DNA of 64,000 nt, from contig NC_068995.1 of NCBI RefSeq assembly GCF_001194135.2, forward strand, positions 16,296,418-16,360,417, written 5' to 3'. Below are positions 13,231 through 26,319 of this stretch, piece by piece. Made by a program: the position numbers and the translations under genes. The notes below the pieces were generated by a model. It was given only the letters and a program-made list of their open reading frames with translations, had not been told where the DNA came from and did no database searches. The stretch comes from Octopus bimaculoides (taxonomy: Eukaryota). The stretch's first letter is position 1. The number at the start of each line of letters is the position of its first letter.

Positions 13231-13924
13231 CGTGTGTGTGCAGTTCGACGAAGGTAGATAGGTCGAAACTTCGAAAACTATCACCATTTTTCACATAAAA
13301 GTATAATGAACGTGGCGGGAACATGCATATCTGTAGACGGATGGATTTTTGTCCGTTTCGGCGTTGAATATTCACTTTTCCGATCAACTTATTTACCTGC
13401 TAACTGAATTTGCGTGTACGTGGCTGAGATGTCCACAGATACGTGCAGCCTTCACGTAGTTCTCGGGCAGAATCAGCAATCATCACAGTGTTTGACAATC
13501 TCTACCTTTAAATTACGAGTATTATCCGTCCAGAGTACCTCTACATAGTTTCTACCCACCTAATTTTCTTCACAAAGAATGAATCAACTCGAGTCAATAG
13601 AAAATGGCATTTGCCCAACAAGCAACGCAGTGAGAACGAACGCAGGACCTTGTAGTTACGAAATGAAATTCTTAGCCAAATAGTCATGTAGACGAATAGA
13701 AGAGAACCAATGAAGTTCTCCGAAAATATTCGTCTTTAATCAAGCAACACATCATCAGTCTCAAAGAGCTGCTTCGCTGGATAACATATAAATCACACAG
13801 AACACATCTAGGCTAGCGACCGAAAGAAATGTAGTTCATTGCACCATTTCATTTCACTTTTCTCAATACATCTATAATTTATGAGTGATTTTTGGCTTAA
13901 GTCCTTAATACAAAAAAAAAAATT

Positions 13925-15053
13925 AATGGTTTCAAATTTTGACACAAGGCCAGAAATTTCAGGGCAAGGTTAGGAGGATGGCATCGATCCCAAAAACTCA
14001 ACTGGTACTTGTTTAATCGACCCCGAAAAGTAATATCAACCTCAGCGGAATTTCAACTCTTGGCATAAAGATAGACAGAATGCTGTTAAGTATTTTGCCC
14101 GGCGTGCTAACGATCGTGCCAGCTCGCCGCCTTAAATCCTCTAGATAATAATAATAATAATAATAATANNNNNNNNNNNNNNNNNNNNNNNNNNNNNNNN
14201 NNNNNNNNNNNNNNNNNNNNNNNNNNNNNNNNNNNNNNNNNNNNNNNNNNNNNNNNNNNNNNNNNNNNNNNNNNNNNNNNNNNNNNNNNNNNNNNNNNNN
14301 NNNNNNNNNNNNNNNNNNNNNNNNNNNNNNNNNNNNNNNNNNNNNNNNNNNNNNNNNNNNNNNNNNNNNNNNNNNNNNNNNNNNNNNNNNNNNNNNNNNN
14401 NNNNNNNNNNNNNNNNNNNNNNNNNNNNNNNNNNNNNNNNNNNNNNNNNNNNNNNNNNNNNNNNNNNNNNNNNNNNNNNNNNNNNNNNNNNNNNNNNNNN
14501 NNNNNNNNNNNNNNNNNNNNNNNNNNNNNNNNNNNNNNNNNNNNNNNNNNNNNNNNNNNNNNNNNNNNNNNNNNNNNNNNNNNNNNNNNNNNNNNNNNNN
14601 NNNNNNCTTAAATTCTCAAAACGATAATAATCCTTTCTACTAAAGGTACAAGGCCTGAATTTTCTGGGGAGGGGACTAATCGATTACATCGACCCGAGTG
14701 TTTCATTGGTACTTAATTTATCGACCCCGAAGAGATGAAAGGTAAAGTTGACCTCGGCGGTATTTGAACTCACAACGGGCGAAATACCGCTGAGCATTTC
14801 GTGCAGCGTGCTAACAATTCTGCCTGCTCACTGCCTTGATCTTTTTTTTACTATAGTCACGTGGCCAGAAACTTGTGGGAGTGGGGTAGTCGATTACATT
14901 GACCCCAGTACTCAACTAGTGCTTATTTGATCGACTGTGAAAGGGTAGAAAGCAAAATCGACCTCAACGAAATTTGAACTCAGAATGTAAAGATGGGCGA
15001 AGTGTTTCAGTCTTTTGACCGACATACTTACGATCCTACCTGCTCACCATCTT
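13925..15053 (-). mobile_element. Cluster of three same-orientation SINE family B copies
   Basis: Copies at ~13925-14133, 14630-14838 and 14855-15053, separated by (AAT)n and a gap. Confidence 0.85.
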
Positions 15054-15270
15054 AAATTCTTTAATAATAATATCGATTTAATAATAATATCGATTTCAAA
15101 TTTTGGCGCGAAACAAAATAATATTACCTCTCAGCTGCCTGATCTCGACGGAATATGAGGATATCGAAACNNNNNNNNNNNNNNNNNNNNNNNNNNNNNN
15201 NNNNNNNNNNNNNNNNNNNNNNNNNNNNNNNNNNNNNNNNNNNNNNNNNNNNNNNNNNNNNNNNNNNNNN

Positions 15271-15305
<35 letters not shown>

Positions 15306-17357
15306 GTAATGCGGCGTATATATTATAGAATGACACACCCAACATGCAGTTTGTTTATGCACCATTTGATGCGATCTCTGTCCACAACATTTCGAAACTG
15401 AATATTAAACATAATATTAAGTTTACATATATATATACATATATATATGTACAAACACAAACAACACATTTGATACGCATTATAGCATTATATATTTGAT
15501 ATTCCTACATAGTGTAAAAATTCCTTTCATATAAACATGGCCACAGGTCTAATTTAATTAATTTTACAGTCCGCATTGAGCATATTCAGAACGAAATAAC
15601 TTGTGTGTTTATGAGAGAGGAGATGTGCATTGTACAGCAAATATATTTGTATTATATGTATTATACACATGCACACATGTATACGCATATATATGCTTAC
15701 ATATACATGTAAGTGCATCAATGTACATACGTGTGTGTGCATTTATACATACATACATACATACATACATACATACATACATACATACATACATANNNNN
15801 NNNNNNNNNNNNNNNNNNNNNNNNNNNNNNNNNNNNNNNNNNNNNNNNNNNNNNNNNNNNNNNNNNNNNNNNNNNNNNNNNNNNNNNNNNNNNNNNNNNN
15901 NNNNNNNNNNNNNNNNNNNNNNNNNNNNNNNNNNNNNNNNNNNNNNNNNNNNNNNNNNNNNNNNNNNNNNNNNNNNNNNNNNNNNNNNNNNNNNNNNNNN
16001 NNNNNNNNNNNNNNNNNNNNNNNNNNNNNNNNNNNNNNNNNNNNNNNNNNNNNNNNNNNNNNNNNNNNNNNNNNNNNNNNNNNNNNNNNNNNNNNNNNNN
16101 NNNNNNNNNNNNNNNNNNNNNNNNNNNNNNNNNNNNNNNNNNNNNNNNNNNNNNNNNNNNNNNNNNNNNNNNNNNNNNNNNNNNNNNNNNNNNNNNNNNN
16201 NNNNNNNNNNNNNNNNNNNNNNNNNNNNNNNNNNNNNNNNNNNNNNNNNNNNNNNNNNNNNNNNNNNNNNNNNNNNNNNNNNNNNNNNNNNNNNNNNNNN
16301 NNNNNNNNNNNNNNNNNNNNNNNNNNNNNNNNNNNNNNNNNNNNNNNNNNNNNNNNNNNNNNNNNNNNNNNNNNNNNNNNNNNNNNNNNNNNNNNNNNNN
16401 NNNNNNNNNNNNNNNNNNNNNNNNNNNNNNNNNNNNNNNNNNNNNNNNNNNNNNNNNNNNNNNNNNNNNNNNNNNNNNNNNNNNNNNNNNNNNNNNNNNN
16501 NNNNNNNNNNNNNNNNNNNNNNNNNNNNNNNNNNNNNNNNNNNNNNNNNNNNNNNNNNNNNNNNNNNNNNNNNNNNNNNNNNNNNNNNNNNNNNNNNNNN
16601 NNNNNNNNNNNNNNNNNNNNNNNNNNNNNNNNNCATTGGTGTTATATATTCCATGTAAGTAAATGGAGTAAAGTGATTGCTAAACTTGTAATAGTTTTAT
16701 GATGGAGAATTTCTAGACATTGTCTCTCACTTTGCATATTTTTACCATAAAATATTTATCGGTCTGTCACTCGATTGTCTGCTGTTGCTTTGTACCGTTT
16801 TCTATTCAAATTAACACAATGATGCACTTAGATCCATTCACATACATACATACATACATACATACATACATACATACGGACAGATAGTCAGGCAGACAGA
16901 AACAGAGGCTCTTCGTCGGTTGCGGCGAAGAGTGTTCGAGTTGAGCCAATCAACGCAACAGCCTACTCGCGAAATGAACGTGAAATGAAGTGGCTGAGCA
17001 GTTCACAGACACGGGTTCCTTTCGCGTAGTTCTTAGAGAGATTTAGCGTGACACAGAATGGGACAAAGCCAGCCCTTTGAATTATAGGCACAACTCATTT
17101 TTGCCAGTTGAAGGGACTGGAGCAACGTGAAATAAAGTGTCTTGCTTAAGGACGCAACAGGCCGCCGGGAATCGAACCTATGGCCTTATGATCGTGAGCC
17201 AAATATCCTAACCACTAAGTCACGGGCCTTCATACAAACATACATACATACATACATGCTTACATAGGTGCAGGTAAAGTATTAACAGACGCTCAGGTGA
17301 AGGAAAGAAAGGCGGTTTTACGTTTCGAGCAAAGCTCTACATATGTATGTATGTATG

Positions 17358-17388
<31 letters not shown>

Positions 17389-19822
17389 ATATGTATGTAT
17401 GTATGTATGTATGTGTATCATTGTGTTAATTTGAATAGTAAACGGTACAAAGCAACTGCAAACAATCGTGTAACTGGCAGATAAATATGTTTGTATTTAT
17501 ATATGTATATATATAAATATATATATACATATATTTTTTTACATATATATATATATATGCATATACATATATTATATACACACACACACACACACACANN
17601 NNNNNNNNNNNNNNNNNNNNNNNNNNNNNNNNNNNNNNNNNNNNNNNNNNNNNNNNNNNNNNNNNNNNNNNNNNNNNNNNNNNNNNNNNNNNNNNNNNNN
17701 NNNNNNNNNNNNNNNNNNNNNNNNNNNNNNNNNNNNNNNNNNNNNNNNNNNNNNNNNNNNNNNNNNNNNNNNNNNNNNNNNNNNNNNNNNNNNNNNNNNN
17801 NNNNNNNNNNNNNNNNNNNNNNNNNNNNNNNNNNNNNNNNNNNNNNNNNNNNNNNNNNNNNNNNNNNNNNNNNNNNNNNNNNNNNNNNNNNNNNNNNNNN
17901 NNNNNNNNNNNNNNNNNNNNNNNNNNNNNNNNNNNNNNNNNNNNNNNNNNNNNNNNNNNNNNNNNNNNNNNNNNNNNNNNNNNNNNNNNNNNNNNNNNNN
18001 NNNNNNNNNNNNNNNNNNNNNNNNNNNNNNNNNNNNNNNNNNNNNNNNNNNNNNNNNNNNNNNNNNNNNNNNNNNNNNNNNNNNNNNNNNNNNNNNNNNN
18101 NNNNNNNNNNNNATTCCAATAAAATAAGTACCGGACTTGTAAAAATAAGTACTGGGGTCGATTCGTTTGCCTAAATCCTTCAAGGCGGTGCTCCAGCATG
18201 GCAGCAGTCCAATAACTGAAACAACAACAACAAAAACAAGATATAAATATAAAGATACACAAACTGAAACGATTTCTCTCTTACTTTCTATGAGCGACAA
18301 ATGTGTGTGTGTGTGTGTGTGCGTACATACACGCAAATATATGTTTATGTGTGCGACTTACACAAGCGTGCGAGCACGCACACGCACTCACACATATAAT
18401 GCACCATACCTACCATTAAATACATTTACACATACACATTTATATGTACACATTCACACACCTGTTAGTATTAACGAACCGAGATGAATTATTTAATACC
18501 ACGGTGGTGTAAAATAATTTATGCTTGTATATATATGTATGTGTATGTATAAATGTCTGTGTGTCTGCATATTATCAAATGTTTGTGAATGAGTGTATAA
18601 ATTCACATACATACATGAAGCAATATAAACTGCAGATTATACCTCACCGATACTTCAAGTTCCATGTATCTATTGATATTCATCAGACAAATTGTTGCCT
18701 GAGTGGGTATTTTACGAAATGGCGAATTGGGAAAATGTTTCCGTTTTTGTTGGTGTGTAAATCATTGATGCTATAAACGAGTTATTTCTCTTTAAATGTG
18801 CGTCGGATATATAAATAAGTAAATAAAAATAAAATATAAAATAAATAAATATGAAAATGAAATAAATTAAATAAAAATATAAAAATTATGCAAATGAAAA
18901 CGATAAAATAAAAAGAAAAATTAAGAGAAGAAAAATAGGTAAAGGATAAATTGATAAGAGCACACAAGCAAACGCACACTTACTCGCTCGCACACATATG
19001 CTCGCACGCACACAGACATTTATTTGTGTGTTCGTGTATGTGTGTGAAAGAGGCTGTTCATGTGTGTTGCGTATGCATGAGTGGGCCTGCACAAACACGC
19101 ATATATGTGTTTTAGATAAAGGTAAACATAAGAAATAACTACACAGGTAAGGGTCTTAAAGTTCAGCGATGTAATTGCTTCTCAAAGTGATTACATTTCG
19201 CAAACATCTCAGATTTAGTATCCAAATAGAGGTGCTAGTTGCTTCCTTTTACAGTTTCAAATGGAAACAATTCGTTTTAAGTGACACATGTCATCGATTA
19301 ATTTTGTTGCATTTCTTTTATTGATGTGTCTAAAAGAAGAAGCACGCGTGTATATTTTTTTTTATTCTTTTCTTCAGTGATGAGCACGCAACGTTTGTGT
19401 GCTACATTGAGAGTAGTTTTAATTGAGTTAACTTCTGCTTCATATATAATAGCTTTTGCATTGCAAGACGCATTAATCAGGCATACATTTGTGTTTCTAC
19501 CCGTGAATTTGGTCGAACTTTTAGGAGAATGGATATCAAATGCAGTGTTTTTAATATTATTGGTACAACTGTAATTTAGTTTAACATTGTTAAGTAGTTT
19601 TATACATCCATCCATACATACATACATACATACATACATACATACATACATACATACATACATACACGTGGAAAAGGTATGGGGAAAGTAAGAAGAAAAA
19701 AGCGAAAATGCTCATTAGATATCAAAAAAATAATGAAAAGTAACGATAAATATACACAATTAGATGAACTGAGCTAGAATTAAGAGGAATAAAAGTCATT
19801 ATTATGAATTATTAAAGGGATT

Positions 19823-19864
19823 CAAAGTCATACCGGTTTCGTCAATCACTGTTCACTGGCTTTG
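19823..19864 (-). ncRNA. Minimal hammerhead-ribozyme-like motif with G3:C8 core variant
   Basis: Minus strand reads CAAAGCCA-GUGAACA-GU GAUUG AC-GAAA-CCGG-UA-UGACUUUG. Stem I pairs 7/8, stem II starts G-C, stem III is palindromic ACCGGU, cleavage triplet GUA. Confidence 0.7.
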
Positions 19865-20380
19865 TATGCGCAACGATTACCAAACGGTGTTGGGTCTACT
19901 AGTCCCTGAGTAAAAAGATTATGTGTAATGGAGGTAAGTAGTTCTGGTGCAGTTAGAGTAGATATAATACTGTAATATGAATGTTGTATGAGATGTATGG
20001 GAGTTAGTAGTATTATTGATAAGGTTAGTAGTGTTCTGTATTATATTATGTGTTCATATTAAGTTGTGGGTGGAATTTATTGATGAAAGTTTCCTCTTTG
20101 TTCATTCTTTGCTGTACTGAGGTGTTCTGTGAACATTGATAGAAGGGGAAAATTAGGAAGTTAGGATTAAGGTTCCTAGCACACCTTTCTATGTGTTCAC
20201 TGACCTGTATCTGTCTGTATTGTGGGTGGCGGATTTGTTCTTTGTAAAGAGTGGCTCTTCGACGGAGTGATATTCTTGTTTGGCCAATATATTGATTACC
20301 GCACCCAAGGCTAGGCAGGTAATACCATAGATTAGGATTACCGAGGCACAGGGGAAATTTGATTTACTCTTAAACATTTC
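19823..20380 (-). mobile_element. Penelope-like element 3' remnant with GIY-YIG endonuclease (one frameshift)
   Basis: NFPCASVILIYGITC, then a shifted frame 20306-20046: GCGNQYIGQTRISLRRR..YKEQIRH...EHIERC...FLIFPFYQ...KEETFINKFHPQLN*. This is the FTC..LIY.I.C..C..YIGQT pattern of PLE GIY-YIG domains. Confidence 0.9.
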
Positions 20381-20415
<35 letters not shown>

Positions 20416-20781
20416 NNNNNNNNNNNNNNNNNNNNNNNNNNNNNNNNNNNNNNNNNNNNNNNNNNNNNNNNNNNNNNNNNNNNNNNNNNNNNNNNNNNNN
20501 NNNNNNNNNNNNNNNNNNNNNNNNNNNNNNNNNNNNNNNNNNNNNNNNNNNNNNNNNNNNNNNNNNNNNNNNNNNNNNNNNNNNNNNNNNNNNNNNNNNN
20601 NNNNNNNNNNNNNNNNNNNNNNNNNNNNNNNNNNNNNNNNNNNNNNNNNNNNNNNNNNNNNNNNNNNNNNNNNNNNNNNNNNNNNNNNNNNNNNNNNNNN
20701 NNNNNNNNNNNNNNNNNNNNNNNNNNNNNNNNNNNNNNNNNNNNNNNNNNNNNNNNNNNNNNNNNNNNNNNNNNNNNNNNN

Positions 20782-20831
<50 letters not shown>

Positions 20832-21852
20832 TGGCCTTCTTTCAGTTTCCGTCTACCAAATGCACTCACAAGGCTTTTGGACAGTCCGAGTCCGAAGCTA
20901 TAATAGAAGACATTTACCTAAGATGCCTCGCAATGGGACTGAATCCGGGACCAAGTGGTTGGGAAGCAAGCTTCTTACCACACACCCACCGAAAAATATA
21001 TGATAGTTTCCCGTGGATGAATAAAGTCAAGAAAGGTTTTTTGTGAGATTTGAATTAACATTACGAGAAATGTGAACCATGTGATATTTTTATGCCTTTT
21101 CTTGCTTTAGGGCGAACGTAGTGTAATAGATCTTGAGCGAGCAGTTTAAGCGTTAAATTTTACGGGTTCATTAAGCATTTTTAATTTAATATATTTTGCA
21201 TTTCTGGGGTGCTACGCTTCCTTTGATGCCCTAAGCACGTGCTTATTTTCCTTAATGGTTAGTCCTGTGCTTCTTGTGGTGTTCACTCATATCACGATCC
21301 CGCACTAACCACAATTCTCAGTCCTCGCCCTGAACTTCGGTCCTTTGGAATCTTCTTTCTGCTCATATCGTTACTGTGAGTGTCAATCTGCGTCAGTCTA
21401 AAACGGAACATTAAGGGCATCAAGTTCACCAGCCTCGGAAAACTTGACAAGGTCAAGGGCATTATTTCTTCCTTCAGACTCTTCAAAATGAAACAAAGAA
21501 GTCAAAATAAATTTATACTTTCTTGGATGGAGAAAATATCTCCTGGTAAAAAACAAAATTTTCAAAATACGTTCAGTTCCTCTCTTTAATCAATGTTCCC
21601 TTCTCTCACCTTTACTTCTTTTTCTCCTCTGTCTTTCTTTCTCCCCCCTCCCCCCTTTCTCCCTTTCTCTCTCGTCCTTTCTCTCTCTCTCTCTCTGAAT
21701 TTAGCCAAGAGATGAAAATGTCACCAGTTTAAAATAAATTTTTTAAAAACGTGAGAGACTTTGTAAAAATACTAATATAATGTCACAATTTTGGATGGGC
21801 AATTTTCCAACGAACAACATACATGAAAATACAGACACAACAAGTCATACGC

Positions 21853-21960
<108 letters not shown>

Positions 21961-22749
21961 TTGGGCTCTCACGTTGAACTGCAATTAATCAAAGCAAAAG
22001 AAAAAAAAAAGGCAAAACGCAATTAGGTACGTAATACCAAAGTGAAATAATTCGTGTAGACTCAATTTGAAATAAATGTTTAAATACCACACGCGCGCGT
22101 ACTCACACTCACTCATACGTATGTATGTATGTATGTATGTACGTACGTATGTATGTATGTATGTATGTATGTATGTATGTATGTATGTATGTATGTATGT
22201 ATGTACGTATGTACGTACGTATGTATGTATGTATGTATGTATCTATGAGCGTGTGTGCGTGTGTGTGTGTGTGTGTGTCTGTGTGTGAGTAGACAATTAT
22301 AACCGTCATATGTCCTAAAACTTGAATTTAATTCTCTTATTAATTCGACGTACACGCGCCAAAAGTAAGTTTCGTCTGAACGTCAAAATGAAAGCAATAC
22401 AAGAAATAAACAGTACTGTTTGAAGGCATGGGCTTATAGCGCACTATGCAGTTATCCAAGGTCCTGCATCGATCTAGGGACCCAATGTTAAGATATGTAT
22501 GCTGTGGTTGTGTATTTAGGGGCCCTAGTGGATTGCTTTAACTATTTGCCTGTTACGATGTTACAACAGCCTTGATCATGGAATAATCATAGAGAGAAAT
22601 AGTAAGGTGCTGTTTGAAATGTTTTGCAGTCCTTCATTTCATTCTTTTACGGTCCAGTTTCTAACCACTTCAAAGCTGATTTCTTCTTTTTATTATCTTG
22701 GGATCCATAAAATAAATACCAGTCGTAAATCTGGGTCCCTTACAAGGTT

Positions 22750-22890
22750 CAGTCTTGCTGTGATGTGATGAGTTGTGTACTTCAGAGAGGCCCCCACCCC
22801 TCGAGTTAATGCTTGTAGAGCGTAAGCTCCTGGTTGGACCTCCCATGCTTGGACATATCAAAGGGTAGAGACCAGAGGTCAAAGGATATA
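22750..22890 (-). mobile_element. RTE-clade LINE 5' UTR-like remnant
   Basis: Minus strand CCCTTTGATATGTCCAAGCATGGGAGGTCCAACCAGGAGCTTACGCTC resembles the remembered RTE 5' UTR motif CCTTTGACCTGTCCGGCATGGGAG.CCCTACCAG.AGC.ACGCT. Confidence 0.5.
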
Positions 22891-23059
22891 GGTCAGGCTT
22901 ATATGGATCACCTCTTCGCAGAGATAAAAATGGGTTTGTGAAGAGCCATAACCTCGAACTAAAATAAAAAAAAAAATAAAATAAAAAAGAAGTTAAGTTT
23001 ACAGAACTTTCGATGACAATTCAGAACCACAAGAGATGGGAGAGGCATCTCCCTCAGGG

Positions 23060-23220
23060 CAGGGCCGGATTATGATCCATAAAGGCCCTAACCACTTAAA
23101 AGATTTTGGTGCCCCCATATATATGTAATTAAAAATATTAACAATAATAAACCATAAAATTATTTTTTAAATTTTCAGACTGAAACAAAGCTAACAGTAA
23201 AATGCAAAAAATAATATTTA
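23060..23220 (+). mobile_element. hAT-like 5' terminal fragment (CAGGGCCGGATT...GGCCCT...GGTGCCCCC)
   Basis: Terminal and subterminal motif pattern only; no 3' end found. Confidence 0.35.
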
Positions 23221-25432
23221 TTTTGTAAACTTCTATTATTTTATTCTTTTATTCTTTTATTTGTTTCAGTCATTTGACAGCGGCCATGCTGGAGCACCGC
23301 CTTTAGTCGAGCAAATCAACTCCAGGACTTATACTTTGTAAGTCTAGTACTTATTCTATCGGTCTATCTGGACGAACCACTAAGTGACGGGGGACGTAAA
23401 CACACCAGCATCGGTTNNNNNNNNNNNNNNNNNNNNNNNNNNNNNNNNNNNNNNNNNNNNNNNNNNNNNNNNNNNNNNNNNNNNNNNNNNNNNNNNNNNN
23501 NNNNNNNNNNNNNNNNNNNNNNNNNNNNNNNNNNNNNNNNNNNNNNNNNNNNNNNNNNNNNNNNNNNNNNNNNNNNNNNNNNNNNNNNNNNNNNNNNNNN
23601 NNNNNNNNNNNNNNNNNNNNNNNNNNNNNNNNNNNNNNNNNNNNNNNNNNNNNNNNNNNNNNNNNNNNNNNNNNNNNNNNNNNNNNNNNNNNNNNNNNNN
23701 NNNNNNNNNNNNNNNNNNNNNNNNNNNNNNNNNNNNNNNNNNNNNNNNNNNNNNNNNNNNNNNNNNNNNNNNNNNNNCTAACTGTGACACTATGAACACT
23801 TCGCAATAATATTTCCGATTATATAAATCACTTAGAATATTATTTTAGCAATTTCAAAGTGATTTAAAGTGATTTCTTTTGTGCCGTATACCATTTGCCA
23901 TTTCTGTGTTATCCCACCTACTTTTCCTTGGTGAGCTAAGCACGTGCTTAATTTGCTTCATAGTTAATCCAGTTCTATTTCAGGGTAACTTACGCCGCGG
24001 TGCAGAAAAATCCGAAAGAAAAAAAACAGGGATCTAGCTAAGGAGAACAAAAGAAAAAAAAAAAAAAAAGAATATTGGAGAAAAAGCTATGCTTCAGATG
24101 AAGAAAAAAGCTTAAGTAAGTAAAATTGGACAAATTCATTTCACTAATCGTTCTATTCGACAAAATTGTGATTTCAAACCTTACGAACAAACATCTGCTT
24201 AGCAATTTAACCGGATAGAATTTAGAAGCGAAATCACTTTTATTCACCACGCTGCTGTCCTGATAAAAAATAAACAATGGATAATGTGGATATGCTATTC
24301 CGATACACGAAAGGAAAATCTACTACTACTACTACTAATTTTTTTTCCACAAGGCCCGAAATTTTTGGGGAGGGGGTCAGTCGATAAGATCGACCCCAGT
24401 ACGAAAGGATGAAAGGCAAAGTTGACCTCAGCGGAATTTGAGCTCAGGACATAATGACAGTAATATAAGATATATATCTTGATAATGTAAGTGAGAACTC
24501 TCAAAATGTAGTTTTCTCGCAATTCACAAAATTTATCTATGATAATCATAACCAATAATAAATAAAATCAACAGCAGTTTACTAATGATTTGTGCGAGTT
24601 GGGAAGTAAAATTTAACACGGCAAATTGTCAACAGACAATAGATAACGTTTACAGTTAAAGGGAGGCTACTTCTGACTATTCACTCTTAGCAGCATAAAA
24701 AAAAAGGATTGAAATTTTCGTTTTCAGAAAGACGGAGAATATTTATGTTGTGAAGTTCATGCGGTTCCAAAGATTTCTTGGAGTGCAAGTGATGTAAAAT
24801 AGCTTTTAGTTTATGTGTTTTATTTATTTGTATATAATAATATAACTAGAGAATTATTGATAGAATTACAACGTAATGTGGAGATGTATTTTTCTCTGCG
24901 TATAAACACACGTTTATGAAGGCGCGTGGCGTAGTGGTTAAGTTGTTGTACTCACGATTACAAGATCGCGATTTCAATTCCCAAACTAGGTGGTGCATTG
25001 CATTCTTGAGTAAAACACTTCATTTCACATTGCTCCTACTCACTCAGCTTCAAATGAGTAACCCTACGATGGACTGGCGAAATTTTGTGATTTCGGTCAC
25101 TTAAACGTCATGGAAACCAAGCACCGTCCCTATGTCTCGAAGCATTAATATCCAAGGAGAATTGCTTTTGATATGAATGCAAGTTTGGCACCAAACTGCA
25201 CCTCATTTTAACGATAACAATACATTTGCATTTCATACTGAAATATCTTAGATGTGTGTAAAGAATTTTGTTGATTAATTGTCTTTCAATGAAGAAGCAA
25301 ACAATCTGTTGTCTCTTGTTTAGGAATTCGGTAAATAAAAAAAATAGAATGGGAGATTTCTTTTCTCCATTATATAAAACCATCCATTCATTTTCTTCGC
25401 CCTTAATTTCTTGGGGGATCGTGGGGTTAGAA

Positions 25433-25510
25433 CAGTAGCTCTCGACCATTTTTTCCCTATGGACCCCTTTGGTTACTATTTCAATCTATTGGACCTCCAT
25501 AGCCATTCCA
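25433..25510 (+). mobile_element. hAT-like 5' terminal fragment
   Basis: CAGTAGCTCTCGACC resembles the CAGTGGTTCTCAACC terminus of hAT/Charlie-type elements, followed by GGACCCC subterminal motifs; the reciprocal end type GGTTAAGAACCACTG occurs at ~40207-40221. Confidence 0.45.
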
Positions 25511-25532
25511 TATATATATATGTGTGTATATA

Positions 25533-25878
25533 CAAGGTGATTCAAAAATTTGATATCACTTGAGATGTAAATATCACAGAAACTATATAGTCAAAGCAAA
25601 TGAAACTAAACAGGCTAAATGTTGAGCAACATAAGATTTATTTCTCGAAATTTGAATGAGAAATTCAAAGGTATGTGATTCCATGAACGATTTCACAAAT
25701 GTTCAATATGTGCACTGCCTGAGACACGGCATACGTCAAGTCGGTTGTCCAGCTCCTCTCAAACACGCTGTAGCATGTCTTGGGTAACATTCTCCAGTGC
25801 GATAGTGATTCTCTGCTCGAGTTCCTCTACGTTTGCAGGAAGAGGTGGGCCACAGACCAGGCTCTTCACATAGCCCCA
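25533..25878 (-). mobile_element. Tc1/mariner-superfamily transposon 3' fragment with transposase C-terminus
   Basis: 25878-25693 reads WGYVKSLVCGPPLPANVEELEQRITIALENVTQDMLQRV*EELDNRLDVCRVSGSAHIEHL* (one TGG>TGA-type stop); terminus TA|CAAGGTGATTCAAAAA at 25531-25548. Confidence 0.9.
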
Positions 25879-26319
25879 TGTTTGCGCTTTCGCTTGTCCT
25901 CTGCCGTTATAGCCCGAACAAGACTCATCAAATGTTATTATTTGGTAGTCGAGATATGAAAAGTTATATGCTTAAAGTGTTGCACTCACGATCGTAAAGC
26001 CATCGTTTCGATTCCTGGACCGAGCAGTGCAATGCATTTTTGAGTGAAACATTTAATTTCAAGTTGCCCCCTTCCACTAAGATGTAAAGGAGTTTCAGCA
26101 AGAACTGGGAATTTTAACCCTGCGACGAACCAGCATCCAGCCTTACTTAGTCCCAGGTCTCATGATAGGCTTAAGTCTAAATACAAAAGAAAACCTTTAT
26201 CAAGGACTAGAATTATTCAGCATTCTCCATCAGAATATATCATTTTATTGAACCAAGATCCAGGAATGAAAAAGGCGCTTGTATTATACAAAATAATCAC
26301 ATACAGAAAGTAACCGAAG

